Assembly: GCA_017499595.2 (NCBI GenBank)
Contig: CM038999.1
Span: 1,860,001 to 1,924,000 of the forward strand
Reading direction: 5' to 3'
From: Psilocybe cubensis
Lineage: Eukaryota
DNA: 64,000 nucleotides
The first letter of the stretch is position 1, and each line of letters begins with the position of its first letter. The position numbers and the translations under genes are program-made. The notes under the pieces are model-generated. The model had not been told where the DNA came from and made no database searches. It was given only the letters and a program-made list of their open reading frames with translations. Positions 15,844 through 28,187 of this stretch are shown here, in pieces.

Positions 15844-16310
15844 ACTTGGTGATTCCGGGATGTTATCTTTTTTATTCATCTCTTTCTATGTCTTGTTTTA
15901 TTGTGCCCTTCACTATGCCCACTTGTCTAACTTCTGACAGTGGTATAGATAAAGCCTACTGTAATTGTTGTGTAATCGTCGTACAAAGCGAAGGAATTAG
16001 TCCTTATGCACTGTGGAGTTGTGTGCTGTATTATACAATTGCCTCCACAAAGTTTGGTTAATCATTTTGATTCATGCTTCATTCACTATAAATTAAATCA
16101 TCATCTCGCGTCGCCAATCGGGAATGATCACGTGGATTTAGCAACTGCCTGTTGGCACAGTTTTGGCGTCCCCTTCCTCCGACTCCTTTTCTCTCAGACC
16201 AACTGGTTGTTGAGTTACGCTAAATCCAAGGCTTGTAAACTTAACTTTTCAACATTCAACGCTTGAAATTTTACATTTCTTGCGGGTCAAAAAAGAGACG
16301 TATCCAACCC

Positions 16311-17183
16311 TACAGGTCTAATTGAATTGGTGTCACACTTTGAGGATTCAACCCAAACTCGCAGAAAGTCGGATCGACTGGGTCACAGGTCCAACATGGA
16401 CCGTGGCCCAGACTTGGACTTGGACTTCGGGGCTTGACCGAGATAAAATCTCACCGTGGCCCACATATGGCCTTTGTGTAAACCTCCAGTGGACTAGATA
16501 TGTTCCACATATATTCCTGTTGTTGTACCATGAGTGACAAACATGGAGCTTAAGGGGAACCTGTGGGATGAGTCACCTGATTGGATCAAACTCGAAAACT
16601 CAGCCGAAACTCAGCTTGAACTTGGAATATTTGCGGCATATTGAGACTCATTCAACTGCATTTAACATCATTTGTGGTGGTGCATTGCTCAAAAAGATTT
16701 AAATGGTTCTCTATCACCAGAAGAATTATTGTTTAGATATTTATGAATATTGACCAAATCTCTAGTGCTTTAAACAATATTAGGGCTCTTCAGAATGATC
16801 AATGTTATATCAAATTTATATAGGGAGTTACTTGGATTACTTAGAAAATTAATGCCATAGTACCATGCTAGTTTATAATGAGTTAGAGAAGCTACTTAAT
16901 CCAATTTTTTAAATTCAGTGGTAATTTACTGGTTATTTATCAGATTCTGTCAGCTGTGGCACAAACACAATGGCAATGACGGGCAAAGGTAACACTAAAA
17001 TAACACCTACGATGGACCTTGCCTTGGACCTTGGGAAAATCTGACAAATATTCCCAGATTCATGTGAGGGCCAAGTCCAGGTCCAGGTCCAGGTCCATTT
17101 GGCCCTCGCTCCCAGTCGATCCGACGCTCTCCAAACTCGAGGCTTGACTGGACCGATTTTAACCAATTTCGACAAAGCCTCTA
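16311..17183. mobile_element. Degenerate non-autonomous TIR DNA transposon / MITE-like element (~870 bp)
   Basis: Exact 15-bp inverted match GTCGGATCGACTGGG at 16368-16382 and 17111-17125, 57-58 bp inside similar termini (TACAGG...GAATTGGT and TAGAGG...AAATTGGT). TGGACY hexamer tandem repeats lie at both ends around an AT-rich non-coding core. No target-site duplication seen. Confidence 0.6.
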
Positions 17184-17189
17184 GCACTG

Positions 17190-18299
17190 ATGTCTGATGT
17201 ATTATCCAACTTCGGCTGTCTCGATGAACTCACCCAAGTAATCTATCAAAGCATTTATAAATTTGTCGTTTTGTCCACAGTCACCGACGATAAGTGGAAT
17301 ATCTTTATTGGACTTTCCGGGACACAAGGTCGGTGGTGGCGTGGATGCTGGACAGAGGACGATATTCATCGAATTTTTGTCTGTGTCGTCTTTTTATTTT
17401 TTCTCCGCCACGGTGAATAGATCATGCTCATGTGTATACATAGGGCTCCAAATCGTCGGACAAACTTCTCGAGTCCTTCGCCGAAAAGTTAGCGGAGGCG
17501 TTCATTGAAGGTGAAATGTGTATCAGTGACTGGAGTCCCGACAAAGGCGCGGACATCAAGGTAGACCAAATGACCAATCTTCTGAGCCTTTCTTTGAATC
17601 TTGTCTTGGTCTGAATTTACAGTTTACACTTGGCCCTACGTCGAGGAAACCAATGCATGTATCCCTGATTGAGATGTCGCCTGAGGAAGCCGCTGCACAC
17701 GCAACAACTATATTTATAGAAGTACGTCGCAACAAAATCAAGCTACCAAAAAAGACTAGAGATGTATTTTTCGTTATGAATTTTTTGTGCAGATTGCAGT
17801 TCAAGCTCAGTCGAGGAAATGTCGATTATACCCTTCATCTTCAACTGAGCATACACCCCAAACATTTACACCTCCGACGACTGTGCATAATGTCAGCGGG
17901 GGGCTCTCTTCAACTTCAAAGCGAAAAGAAACGAGTACGCTGCTGGTTTCAGTTAAAATTTTGACTCATCATTAACCTCATATTGTCACGCAACTCACTT
18001 CAAGGTCCGGAGCCCAGGCCCAGGCAAGAAAGCGTGGAACGGTCCCCTCCGAAAACATCTGCAATTAAAGTAACAAAGGATACGAAGCTCCTTAAATCGC
18101 ATGTAAAGCCGCCTACTAGACCACAACCCGGACCTTCAACGCAAAGTTAGTAGCATACTTTTCTTTTCTTTTCTGAAAACTCATTTTGTTTTAATAAACA
18201 GAACCTATTGCACGGGCGCAGAAAGGCGCTTCATTGGCAAACCCCAACAAGAAAGCCCGGACATATAAACCCATTGAGTTCGAAAGTGATGATGAGTGA
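17190..18299 (+). CDS. Probable PAXX-like (XRCC4/XLF superfamily) NHEJ factor
   Basis: The spliced protein has a head-domain-like pattern KFVVLS...WNIFIG...WWRGCWTEDDI and a helix LIEMSPEEAAAHATTIFIEIA. A disordered linker leads to the C-terminal KGASLANPNKKARTYKPIEFESDDE*, which resembles the PAXX Ku-binding tail. Confidence 0.6.
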
Positions 18300-18860
18300 T
18301 TCTTTCCTCATGCTACTAATAGTAATTATCGGATCGTCTTTCATTGAATGCTTTCAAAAATTCAATGCGGGCAACGATGTATGGATTACTGTGCTAATAG
18401 AGGAGCCACTACCCCTCTATGGTAGACCTGCATAGCTAGATACAGCAAAATATCTAATAAAGCGAAAACACATTCATATTCGGATGACATACGTGCACGT
18501 TCGTTATTCATGGTCTCTGCGGCCTCGTGAGCATTTTACATATGGAAAATCTTGGATTATCTCTTCGTTACACCGGTAATACCACGCCGAGTTGAAGAAG
18601 GGTGAACCCATCCGGAAGACTACATATTCTCTCAAAAACTGCGGGGAGCATTATTCCGGCGGGGATTGCAACTCTCTGGTACTCTTCGGCTTGTATTGAC
18701 CTTGAAATTATTGGGGCCTCGTTGGCTTCCAGGAACATAACACAGAGAGGATCATCATTCGGGGATAGCCGAAAGTAAGGCAGAGCTTGGATTTATATAA
18801 ATCCTCCACCTCGCTTGTTCCACCCCCCTCCTCTGAATCACCACGTTCTTTTCTACAGCC

Positions 18861-20589
18861 ATGTCGTTCGCTGCCAGTCTTTTTGGAACTGGCGAGTCCT
18901 CATCTGAGGCCAAAAACGTTGAGTCCATGTTTAAGCAAATCATGGACGTCCTTCATCAAAACGTTGGTCGCGTCGTTACAACAAACAACTCAGTTTACTC
19001 ATTTCTTCATGAATTCCGCAGCATCGTGATATCAGCGAACTCAGGCATGAGTGCGCAGAGTTGAGAATGGCGAATGCCTCACTGGAAAGACAGGTTCGCG
19101 AAGGCCTCCAGGTATGTTATGACACGTTGGAATCCACTAGCGTCTCACATTGTATGACAACCAGTACAACATGTACAACTCTCGTAATGGAACCCCTGGC
19201 TTCATGACGCCAGCACCTCCAAGTCCTCAACTCAGGCCTAAACTATCCCCATTCTTAATGCACAGTATACCAGCTATTACTACAACTTCTCCTTCCCCTG
19301 AGCACAACTACTATCGACCATCGCCTTTGGGGGATAATACTTTAACAGCATTTCCTTTTGTGAACCGCGACATTCCAGGCTTTTACGTCGTTATTCCCGC
19401 CGGTGGTGCTGGAACTCGCCTATGGCCCCTGTCGCGTGAAGGGCACCCCAAATTCCTGTTAGATGTTACTTTGAAGGGGCGGTCGCTCATTCAAGCTACA
19501 TGGGACCGTCTCATACCGCTTACTTCTGCCGCCAGAACTACCATTGTAGCTGGCCCAGCTCACGTCAAGAGTATTCGTGACCAACTCCCAGACCTTATTC
19601 CCGACAACTTATTCTGTGAACCTGGGCCCAAAGACTCTATGGCCGCCATTGGTCTAGCTGCTGCAATTCTCGCCCAGCGGGATCCTGACGCTGTCATCGG
19701 ATCGTTTGCAGCTGATCATATGATTTCCGGCGACGATGCATTTCTTTCAGCTGTCGCCGAGGCTGTCGAGGTCGCCCGCAAAAATTACCTTGTCACAATT
19801 GGTATTGCTCCCTCGCACCCCTCTACCGGATTTGGTTATATCCGCCTCGGCGATAAACTTGCAATGAAGGAGGCGCCAAATGCTAGACTGGTTTCTAGCT
19901 TCAAGGAAAAGCCTGATGCCAGGACTGCTGCCCAATATATTGGCACGGGTGCCTATCGCTGGAACGCGGGTATGTTCGTTACGAAGGCGACTGTATTGCT
20001 CGATCTTCTTGAAGAATACAAACCCGAGTTGGCGGATGGCCTCAGGAAGATTGCCGCTGCTTGGGATGACGAGTCTCTTCGTGAGACTGTTCTTAGTGAA
20101 ATTTGGCCTGGTTTGGAGAAAATCCCCATCGATAATGCAGTGGCAGAGCCCGCCGCTGCACAGGGTCGTGTTGCTGTTGTCCCCGCAACGTTTGGTAAGA
20201 CTCACTCTAATGCCTAACCATGAAAACTCTATTCATTTGTATCGTGTCTAAAGGTTGGGACGATGTCGGTGATTTCTCTTCCCTTGCGGACCTACTACCC
20301 GCCGAGGCCAATCAACCCCGTGTCCTTGGAGATCACCATCTCGGTATGTTTTGTATGTCTCTGCTGTTAATGCTCTTCTAATCAACCCCTTTCATTAGTA
20401 CTTACTGAACAAGTAGCTGGTGGAATTGTTGTGCCCGGCTCTGGACGTCTGATCGCATGTCTAGGTGTCGACGATTTAGTGATTGTGGATATGCCCGATA
20501 CCCTCCTTGTCACCACCAGAGCTCGATCTCAGGAAGTCAAACGTTTGGTCAAGAAAGCTCGTGATGCCGGATGGAAACAACTTTTGTAA
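18861..20589 (+). CDS. Mannose-1-phosphate guanylyltransferase, bacterial ManC-type, with a coiled-coil/Pro-rich N-terminal extension
   Basis: VVIPAGGAGTRLWPLSREGHPKFLLD, FAADH, TGFGYI, FKEKPD, WNAGMF, IDNAVAEP and FGWDDVGDF motifs. Confidence 0.85.
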
Positions 20590-20976
20590 AATATATGGAC
20601 ATTCTTTCGGACAGGTCATTCGTGGTTACCTTTAATGGGATCTTTCGGTCTTTTCAGATATCTAGCTTATTTATATCTTCGTCGATACCAAAATTTCTAC
20701 AGCTACACAGGGTTGGGAAGAATTCTAATGCCTGTTAATTAATATACTCTCCTGAGATCTTCGCCTAAACATTTGACTTGTCAAGTAGATCTTCTATTAG
20801 TGGCCTGTTTTGCTTTCAAAGGTAACATGAAGCAGTGGTCATGTCACAAGTTCCGGGCCGACTTTGTTTATGCGTCATTTCCACTTAAGTCTGGCGTCAT
20901 TGCTCGCACACGGTTAACCTTCCCGTGATGTCCCAACTTCAAACTGCCTGTCGTTGGCCCTCGTAGTATCCGACTC

Positions 20977-23211
20977 ATGAGTGTATCAACGCACCCCGGA
21001 CTTTTAGAGTCTCGACATCGACCTCTGAGCTACGGAGCCACGGAAAGACATTCTTTTGCAGACGATGGACACAGCCATACAGAAAGTCGTAGTGGCCTCC
21101 ACCGAGGATTATCTGCGCGACAGGTGCAAATGATAGCTATCGCAGGGACTATTGGAACTGGCCTATTCCTTGGGACTGGCCGTTCTCTAGCTCAGGGAGG
21201 TCCTGCTAGCATGCTAGTATGCTATACCATCGTGGGGTTCATTGTCTATGTGACCCTCTTGTTATTGGGGGAAATGGCGACCCAATATCCGGTGGCGGGG
21301 TCTTTCAACGCATATTCAACTCGTTTCTTTTCACCGGCTTATGGTTTTGCTTTGTCGTGGAATTACTGGTTCAATGACGCTGTTTCAGTGGCGTCTGACC
21401 TCACAGCCGCCCAGCTTGTACTTCAGTTCTGGTCAATAGAGAACGCTTGGATAATTAGTATAGTTTTCTGGCTCCTTTTAGTCGGTGTAAATGCATTACA
21501 TGTTGGAGGCTACGGGGAATTAGGTGCGATTTATTTAGTATTCCAAAACTCTGCTTTCTAAATAAGGGGGACTCTAGAATATTGGCTCTCGTCGCTCAAG
21601 GTTGCCACTGTTGTTCTTTTCATTATGATTGGCACGCTTGTCAATGTTGGGGTGAATCCTGAACGAAAATTTATTGGATTCGATAATTGGAGAATTCCAG
21701 GAGCTCCATTTGTTGGAGGCTTTGGAGGCTTTGCTAGGGTCTTCGTCACAGCTAGCTTTGCTTGTAAGTGTAAACCTAGGCTCTTGATTTGTCAAGCTAA
21801 TAAAAGTTCTTATTTCTCAGTCGGAGGTACAGAAAGTTTAGGGATAACCGCCGGAGAGACAAAAAATCCGTCGAAGAATATGCCTAGAGTTGTCAACCTT
21901 GTGTTCTGGAGGTAAAGTTCCCTACTCTTCTAAATCAGATCCCACTTTAAAACCTCATCAAAATATCAAGGATTATGATCTTCTATATTTTAACAATCTT
22001 TATCATAGGCCTCAATGGTGATCCAACCTTTTTTTCTGTTGTAGCGATTCACCGATCATTGACTACTATATCAGTGCCCTGGGATTATCCAAACTTGTCG
22101 AACCGTGCTACGACAACTTCTCCTTTCACCATCGTCTTTGTTTCAGCTGGATCATGTGCGCTGCTTTATTGATCTACTCTAACCAGCTCACAATGACAAT
22201 TACCAAAGCTGTTGCGGCATCCTTCATGAATACTGTCATTCTCACATCTGTATTATCGGCCGGAAATCATGCCCTATTTGCAGGCACCAGAGTTCTTTAC
22301 GGTGAGCAACTTTCGGGAGAAAGGACTGCATGTATCCTAATCAACAGCAGGACTTGCTGTGACTAGTCCTCCTCAAGCACCACCTATATTTGCAAGGACT
22401 ACATCCGCCGGTACACCATTACCAGCTCTTTTAATGACGAGCAGCATCAGTGCTCTGTGTTTCCTTAGTAGCTTCATTGGAAACGGCGAACTATGGGGAT
22501 GGTTGCAGAACATCGTCGGGGTCTCCAACCAGGTTAGTTAGTATCAATTCGATTTCGTAGCAAATTGTATTGATTCATAGAACGTAGATTGCCTGGTTGT
22601 CAATTGGATTGTCTAGTTGGAGATTTCGCAAGGCTTGGTTAAGGCAGGGGCGATCTTTTGACGAATTGAAATATAGGGCTTCATGGACATGGCCATGGGG
22701 CCCGCCCTTTGTGGTAGGTGCATTCCATAAAAGTCTTTAGTATAACTTTCTTATATTGTAATAGGTTGGAACGGTCTCATTGTTGATCTTAAGTAAATCT
22801 TTCCTTTGGTAGTCTTTGGTTGTCGCTGATATGAACTTTTTTCAAGTACAAGGGTGGTCGTCTGTTTTCCCTGTCTTCTCAGCGTCCGACTTTATATCAT
22901 TCTACATTGAGATACCAGTCATGGTTATCATGCTCATTGCGTGGTTACTATTGAACAGGACCGCACCAGAAACCGCTCAATCGGAAGCACAAATGGCACC
23001 AGAATTATCTCAGTTGCTTCCAGATAGCAACAACAATTTAGGTATTAAACCAATGCCTCGTTTATCTGATCTAGTTGACGTCAATGTTGTGGATCTGTAC
23101 CGAGACGAGTATTTGGAAGTTGAGGGCGATTTTGAAGTGGAAGACAAGGTCACCAAGCGTTTGAATGGAAGATTGGGACATTTATGGAGATTGTACTACT
23201 GGATAATTTGA
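20977..23211 (+). CDS. Amino acid permease (APC/YAT family)
   Basis: LSARQVQMIAIAGTIGTGLFLGTG, GEMATQYPVAGSF, GYGELEYWLSSLK and GGTESLGITAGETKNP motifs. Confidence 0.92.
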
Positions 23212-23363
23212 AAGAATAATAAACATACATTTCATTTTACAATCAATCAGGCGATGAACAATCGATATAAGTTCTGCTGGCAGGATTGTATCGATTATCC
23301 CTGGTAGCCTTCACTTTTAATGTCCTCCGTTTAGGAAAGCATATAATTTTTGCCGGCCATTGG

Positions 23364-23879
23364 TCAGAGTTCAATATTATCGAAAGCGTCTTCAACCTGT
23401 CCCCGATGAGCTCTCCCGATTCTGCCGTTCTGATTTGACTGTCTAATGTGAACGTCACGGTGATTGATAACAACGTTCCAGCCGGCAAAACGAGTTTGTC
23501 CAAGTTGTTCCACTATCGAAACACTGCGATGCTTTCCTAATTCGCAAAAGACGCCCACACAGATACTTTGTTCGCCAGTGAGTTGGGCTTGTTGAACGCG
23601 AGCACTGATGAGGGCGCATATTTCGTGAAACCGCCTTTGAACATCATCGTTGGACAGAAATGCATCCCTCAGTGTCTTGGAGAGACCTGTATGGCCCGTT
23701 CTGAGTTTTTTTGGAGGGTTGGGCAATTTGCGACAGTCAAATGATAGGTCAGGGGCTGGGACGAGGGGGCCGCGACGGTGACCATAAGAAGTGACTTTTA
23801 TAATTGGTAAATCGTCTGCGACGGTTGCATAATTGGTGTTCTTGAATATGTCTGGAAGGTGATTATCGTCGTTTGACAT
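23364..23879 (-). CDS. Stand-alone RapZ (YhbJ/YvcJ) C-terminal-domain-like protein, intronless
   Basis: VTSYGHRRGP...DLSFDCRKLPNP...GHTGLS...VGVFCELGKHRSV...INHRDV follows the RapZ-CTD pattern SFGFKxG...FDVRFLPNP...TG...GCTGGxHRSV...HRD. Confidence 0.7.
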   Translation of the reverse strand: MSNDDNHLPDIFKNTNYATVADDLPIIKVTSYGHRRGPLVPAPDLSFDCRKLPNPPKKLRTGHTGLSKTLRDAFLSNDDVQRRFHEICALISARVQQAQLTGEQSICVGVFCELGKHRSVSIVEQLGQTRFAGWNVVINHRDVHIRQSNQNGRIGRAHRGQVEDAFDNIEL

Positions 23880-24026
23880 AACTTTGAAAGTAAGTCAATG
23901 GTCCAATTATTATGTCATGCTTTCAAATTCGAGTTTGTTGCCATGGGAATAAAATGGACATAGTGGCTGTCTGTGGCTGTACTATGGTTGAAAGTAAGAA
24001 GTTGGTCCTGCATTTAGAATTTATCT

Positions 24027-26158
24027 ATGGCTCTAACTGACGATTCATCGTCCTTTGAACGAGAATTACCTCCTCCACCTATCTCAACCAGCAGACAGGC
24101 CTCCATTCAATCACTACACTCTCTATCCGATGCCCCTGATCATAGTACAGATTATCGCAGCAGCTTCACTCGTGATCGATCCAGCCGCGAATCAAGGCGT
24201 TCATTTCACAACGAAATAGAGTTACGCTTCCAACAAATGCATAGTCGCTTGCAAGCAGAAAAGCGACGCGCTGAAGTTGCAGAGAGGCGAGCTGAAGATG
24301 CCGAGCGAAAATTGCGAGAAATTACCGGCCATCTGAAGGCTATAAACGATGCCAGACTTGAAACCCTGCGAGATGCTGGTAGAGCACATGAAGAGCTAAA
24401 GCAAGTGTTCTCTTTATAAATTGGCGATAAATTCTCACTATCATTTAGGCTTTACCGCGTGCAGCTGGATAATGCCCAGCAGGAGATTTATAGAGCCCAA
24501 GATATTATTGGTGTTGTCGACAGACAAAGATATAACGCGGAAAAAGATGCTGAGAAGCAGAGAAGAAAGGCACGCCAATTACAAGAGACTGTGCTGATCC
24601 AAAAAGCCCGTGAAGAGGCTTTCCAGCAAGGTCTTCAGGAGGGTTTGGCAAGAGGAAGAGAGCTAACATTCGGAGAGTTTCAATATCATGGCGGAGAAGA
24701 AGTTAGAGAGCATCCACATCGAGAACGCGTTGACGACAACTATTCACCCCAAGGTAGTCGATCATCATCGCCTGAGCGTAACCCTCCCAATCATGCATAC
24801 CCTTCAATGGCAAGATCCATCGCACCGAGCGACCATTCAAGAGCGCCGACTAGAATTCGTGCATCTCCTTTGCCAGCTAATTCTCCACTTCCAATTAACC
24901 CACCTGTTCAACCACTTCCTCATCCAGCTGGTCCATCAATTGCCCCTCCAAGCATACATCCTAGCGAGAAAAGTCGTCCGCCAAGCGTGCGGAATGTTGG
25001 CCTCCCAGTACATCCTCCTGAAACTGTTCGGCCAGTAAGCATAAGGAAAGCTCCAAGCATAAACGAAAGTATTCGGCCAACGAGCGTATGGAACGCTCCT
25101 TCGCTGCATGGTTCTGAAAATATTCATCCAATACCCATACGAAACATATCACATACACCTCGTCTAAGCAATGCCATTATACCCCCAGATAACCTTATAC
25201 CGTCCATGGATGCCGATAATAGAATCAGGATACCTCCCCCTTTTGAATTCCAAAGCGATTTCCAGAAAACTCCCGAACCATCAGTGTCAGAGTTACCAGT
25301 AATGCCTGAAGCAAGCTTAGAACCTGTACCTATACCTCCTCGAGTCGCACAACAACGAAAGCACAATTCTCACAGCCGAAATTCTTCCTCTGGTTCCAAC
25401 TCGTCTTCTTTGTCGCAACTTGATATCGTTAACTTCAACCCGGCCCTTCGAACCCCAATGAGCGTCATCCCTGAAGTCAACAGCGTCTATAGTGGCAGTC
25501 CACAACCACGATCCGAAGCCACAGCTCAGAGCGTACGCCATCAACCTTCTCTTGTGAGTTAATTGTATTTGTGTTGGATGCCCAGTTCATGACATGTTTC
25601 TTCAGGGAGGAAACTCGTTTAAGCACTTTCCGGCGACTGTTAATACTCCTGGCCCCGAGAACCAAAGCCAGTTTAGACCTCGCTCGAGGTCTAGTTTTGC
25701 ACCTTCCATGGCGGAACATCCTACACAGTCTCGGCGTGAATCACGTATCTCAACTTCCAGTACGGTACCCAATATCGACATTCAAGCTCCCGTAAGCACC
25801 TGACACTGGAAAATCTAATCAACATCAGTATGACCTCGTTATCCAGTCAAACACGGCATCTATAAAAACAGATTCTCAATGGGGTGAGGGGTCAGGCAGA
25901 GGAGCAACCCCCTCCTCGCAACATGCCTCTTTACCCAATATCATCGAATCAGAAGAACAAGGGTCCAATGCCTCTGCCTACAGCTACGGTGAAATGCCTG
26001 GAAGTTATGTTAATATCAACTCATCTGCTATGATGGACCCGCCGATTATTCCGAAAAATATAGATTTTGACGAAGAATACAAAGATGATGACGCAGTCTC
26101 TTCTGCTCTAAGTGCAGATACATTGACCACACCTCCCGGATACCACAAAAAGCTATGA
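24027..26158 (+). CDS. Hypothetical protein with an N-terminal coiled coil and a Pro/Ser-rich disordered tail
   Basis: Long exons 24027-24400 and 24449-25553 plus downstream exons joined by GT-AG introns. The N-terminus is heptad-rich. Confidence 0.6.
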
Positions 26159-26588
26159 TACCCTTAACTAAACACAATTGTTCGCAGTGCGAGTCTTATG
26201 GATCTGTTTTCGAGACGGTGCGTGAACTCCCTTTCTGGCAAGGCGGCAGACAATAAATTTTTTACATCAAATACACAAGATTTAAACTAGTGAAGTTTGT
26301 TATTCGTTGGGCATGATCGTATATCACGAATCTCCTATTGTAACCTTGATATATTCCCAGCATAGATTGGTGCAGTATTCTAACAGTGTTTGCGGACATT
26401 GCTGTGTAAAATGTGTAGCTTAAATAGATATTTGTGACGTTTTTATCGAAATCGCATACGACACTATCAGTGGCATCATATACGTTGCCTTTTTTCATAG
26501 CTCAAATCAAATAAACCTGTATCGTTTAAACGTCCAAGAATACATAGCATTGCGATATGAGCATTCGTTGCAAGTTCAACAATTCTGT

Positions 26589-27980
26589 TTAACAATCCCT
26601 CCTGCGTTTGCTAGAATCGTACGTTTCCTCTCGTCTTTTCTCAGATCGATCTCTATCGTCACCCCTTCGTCGGCCACCGTCATCATCCCTGCGCCTTTCA
26701 TCCCTGCGCCTATCTTTATCAGAATCGCGTTTACGGTCCTCGCCCCTTGACTTGTCATACCGTCTTTCATCCTCCTCTCCTCGGCGACTGGTATCCCGTC
26801 TACGGTCATCATCATAACGTCGCCTTTCATCTGTTTCGGTGCGACTGGAATATCGATCAGGTGAGTTCCGCCTAGACGATGTAGCCGACCGCCGAGGTGA
26901 GCGCGACCTGTCCCTCTGCCGACTGCCTCCCTTAGACAAAGCAGAATCTGCCCGTTCTTGCTTGATAACAGGAACGTATCGGCGTTCTGGACGTTTAGCT
27001 TTGCTGTTTTTCTTGCTACCGTCGTCATAGACTTCTTGCTCCTTCGCCCCGATGCCGAGAAGAGCTGGTCGGGATGCAGGAAGATATGGTTCAATCAAAC
27101 CTTTGCCAGGTTTTCGAGTAGCTGCTGTTCCTTCTTTCCAACCCATTCCTCTGAGAAGAGCGGCCCCAAATTGAGAAACGGGCACACGGGCATAGTCCTC
27201 TAATGTCGCAGCATCTGGAAGTTCTTCCACGTCTTGTTTCAGGGCATCCGCTTCCGAAATTGGAGTCGGAATGATATCGACCATGGGCCCATCGTAGTGC
27301 GAATCTCCTGACGTCTCCGCAAGGATAGCGCGCAAAGCCTTTTGATCGTCCGTTTCTTCTTCCACAATTTCCATTTTCACCTCTTCCGTTTCAGAAGAGG
27401 CAACCTCATCTTCTACAAGATTAGCCTTCTGCTTCACTTGTAAGCCTGAGAGCACAGGGCCCGAGTTAATGGTATCCCTAGTCCCAAGTCCTCCGACGCT
27501 TCCATCTTTCCCTGTTTGAGCAGCGGCAGACGGCGGTACATATTGGGTGGCTGCTCGTCTCTTGCGAGCAAGCTCGCGCCAGTCTTTATTCTTGAGAGCA
27601 GGAATAATCAACGGTTTTTCAACCTTCTTTTCACCGTTCAAACTGGATTAGATCGGTACTTTCGTGAGTTGAAACAACTGCATGTCTTCAGAAGTAAACA
27701 AAACACACCGCTGAACTCCAAATTTATCGAATCCCGTCACTAATTCGTCCTCATTCGTACTTTCTTCGTCGCTCGAATCGTACGTGTGTGCTTCTCGAGG
27801 AGCTGGAGAATCTTGATTACGAGCCAACGGACTCCCAATTGGTGTAGGCTCGCCGTGAATGTGAGGCGGAAGTTTTGGAATTTTGAAAGATGACCCTGCA
27901 TCCGATTCAGGTCCCGAAGACGCCGCTCTCGATACTGGGGTAGGTCTGCGGATTGTAAAAGAAACTTTGGAAGGCTCCAT
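26589..27980 (-). CDS. SPP2: Spp2-like G-patch pre-mRNA splicing factor
   Basis: G-patch YARVPVSQFGAALLRGMGWKEG...RPALLGIGA, an R/D-rich C-terminus and one intron near 27640-27710. Confidence 0.75.
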
Positions 27981-28187
27981 GATGGTGGTTAAGAAATCAG
28001 TTTGTTCAGTTTGTGTTCAAGCTTCAACTCCATTGACAAACTGGACCTGATTATGTAAAGAGTGTCAACGCCCAAACCCTGTCGCAGTCTCAGTGCCGAC
28101 TTTCCACAACTAGTTGACCCTGTTCGCATAATATAACTAGAATGTCCTACAGCCGTCTCCTCTCTTGCTCCCTCCTTCCCCTCTCTT

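Noticed and set aside
26576-27094. Alternative-frame and antisense ORFs over the R/D-rich tail of Spp2
   Set aside because: These are low-complexity shadows of the real CDS.
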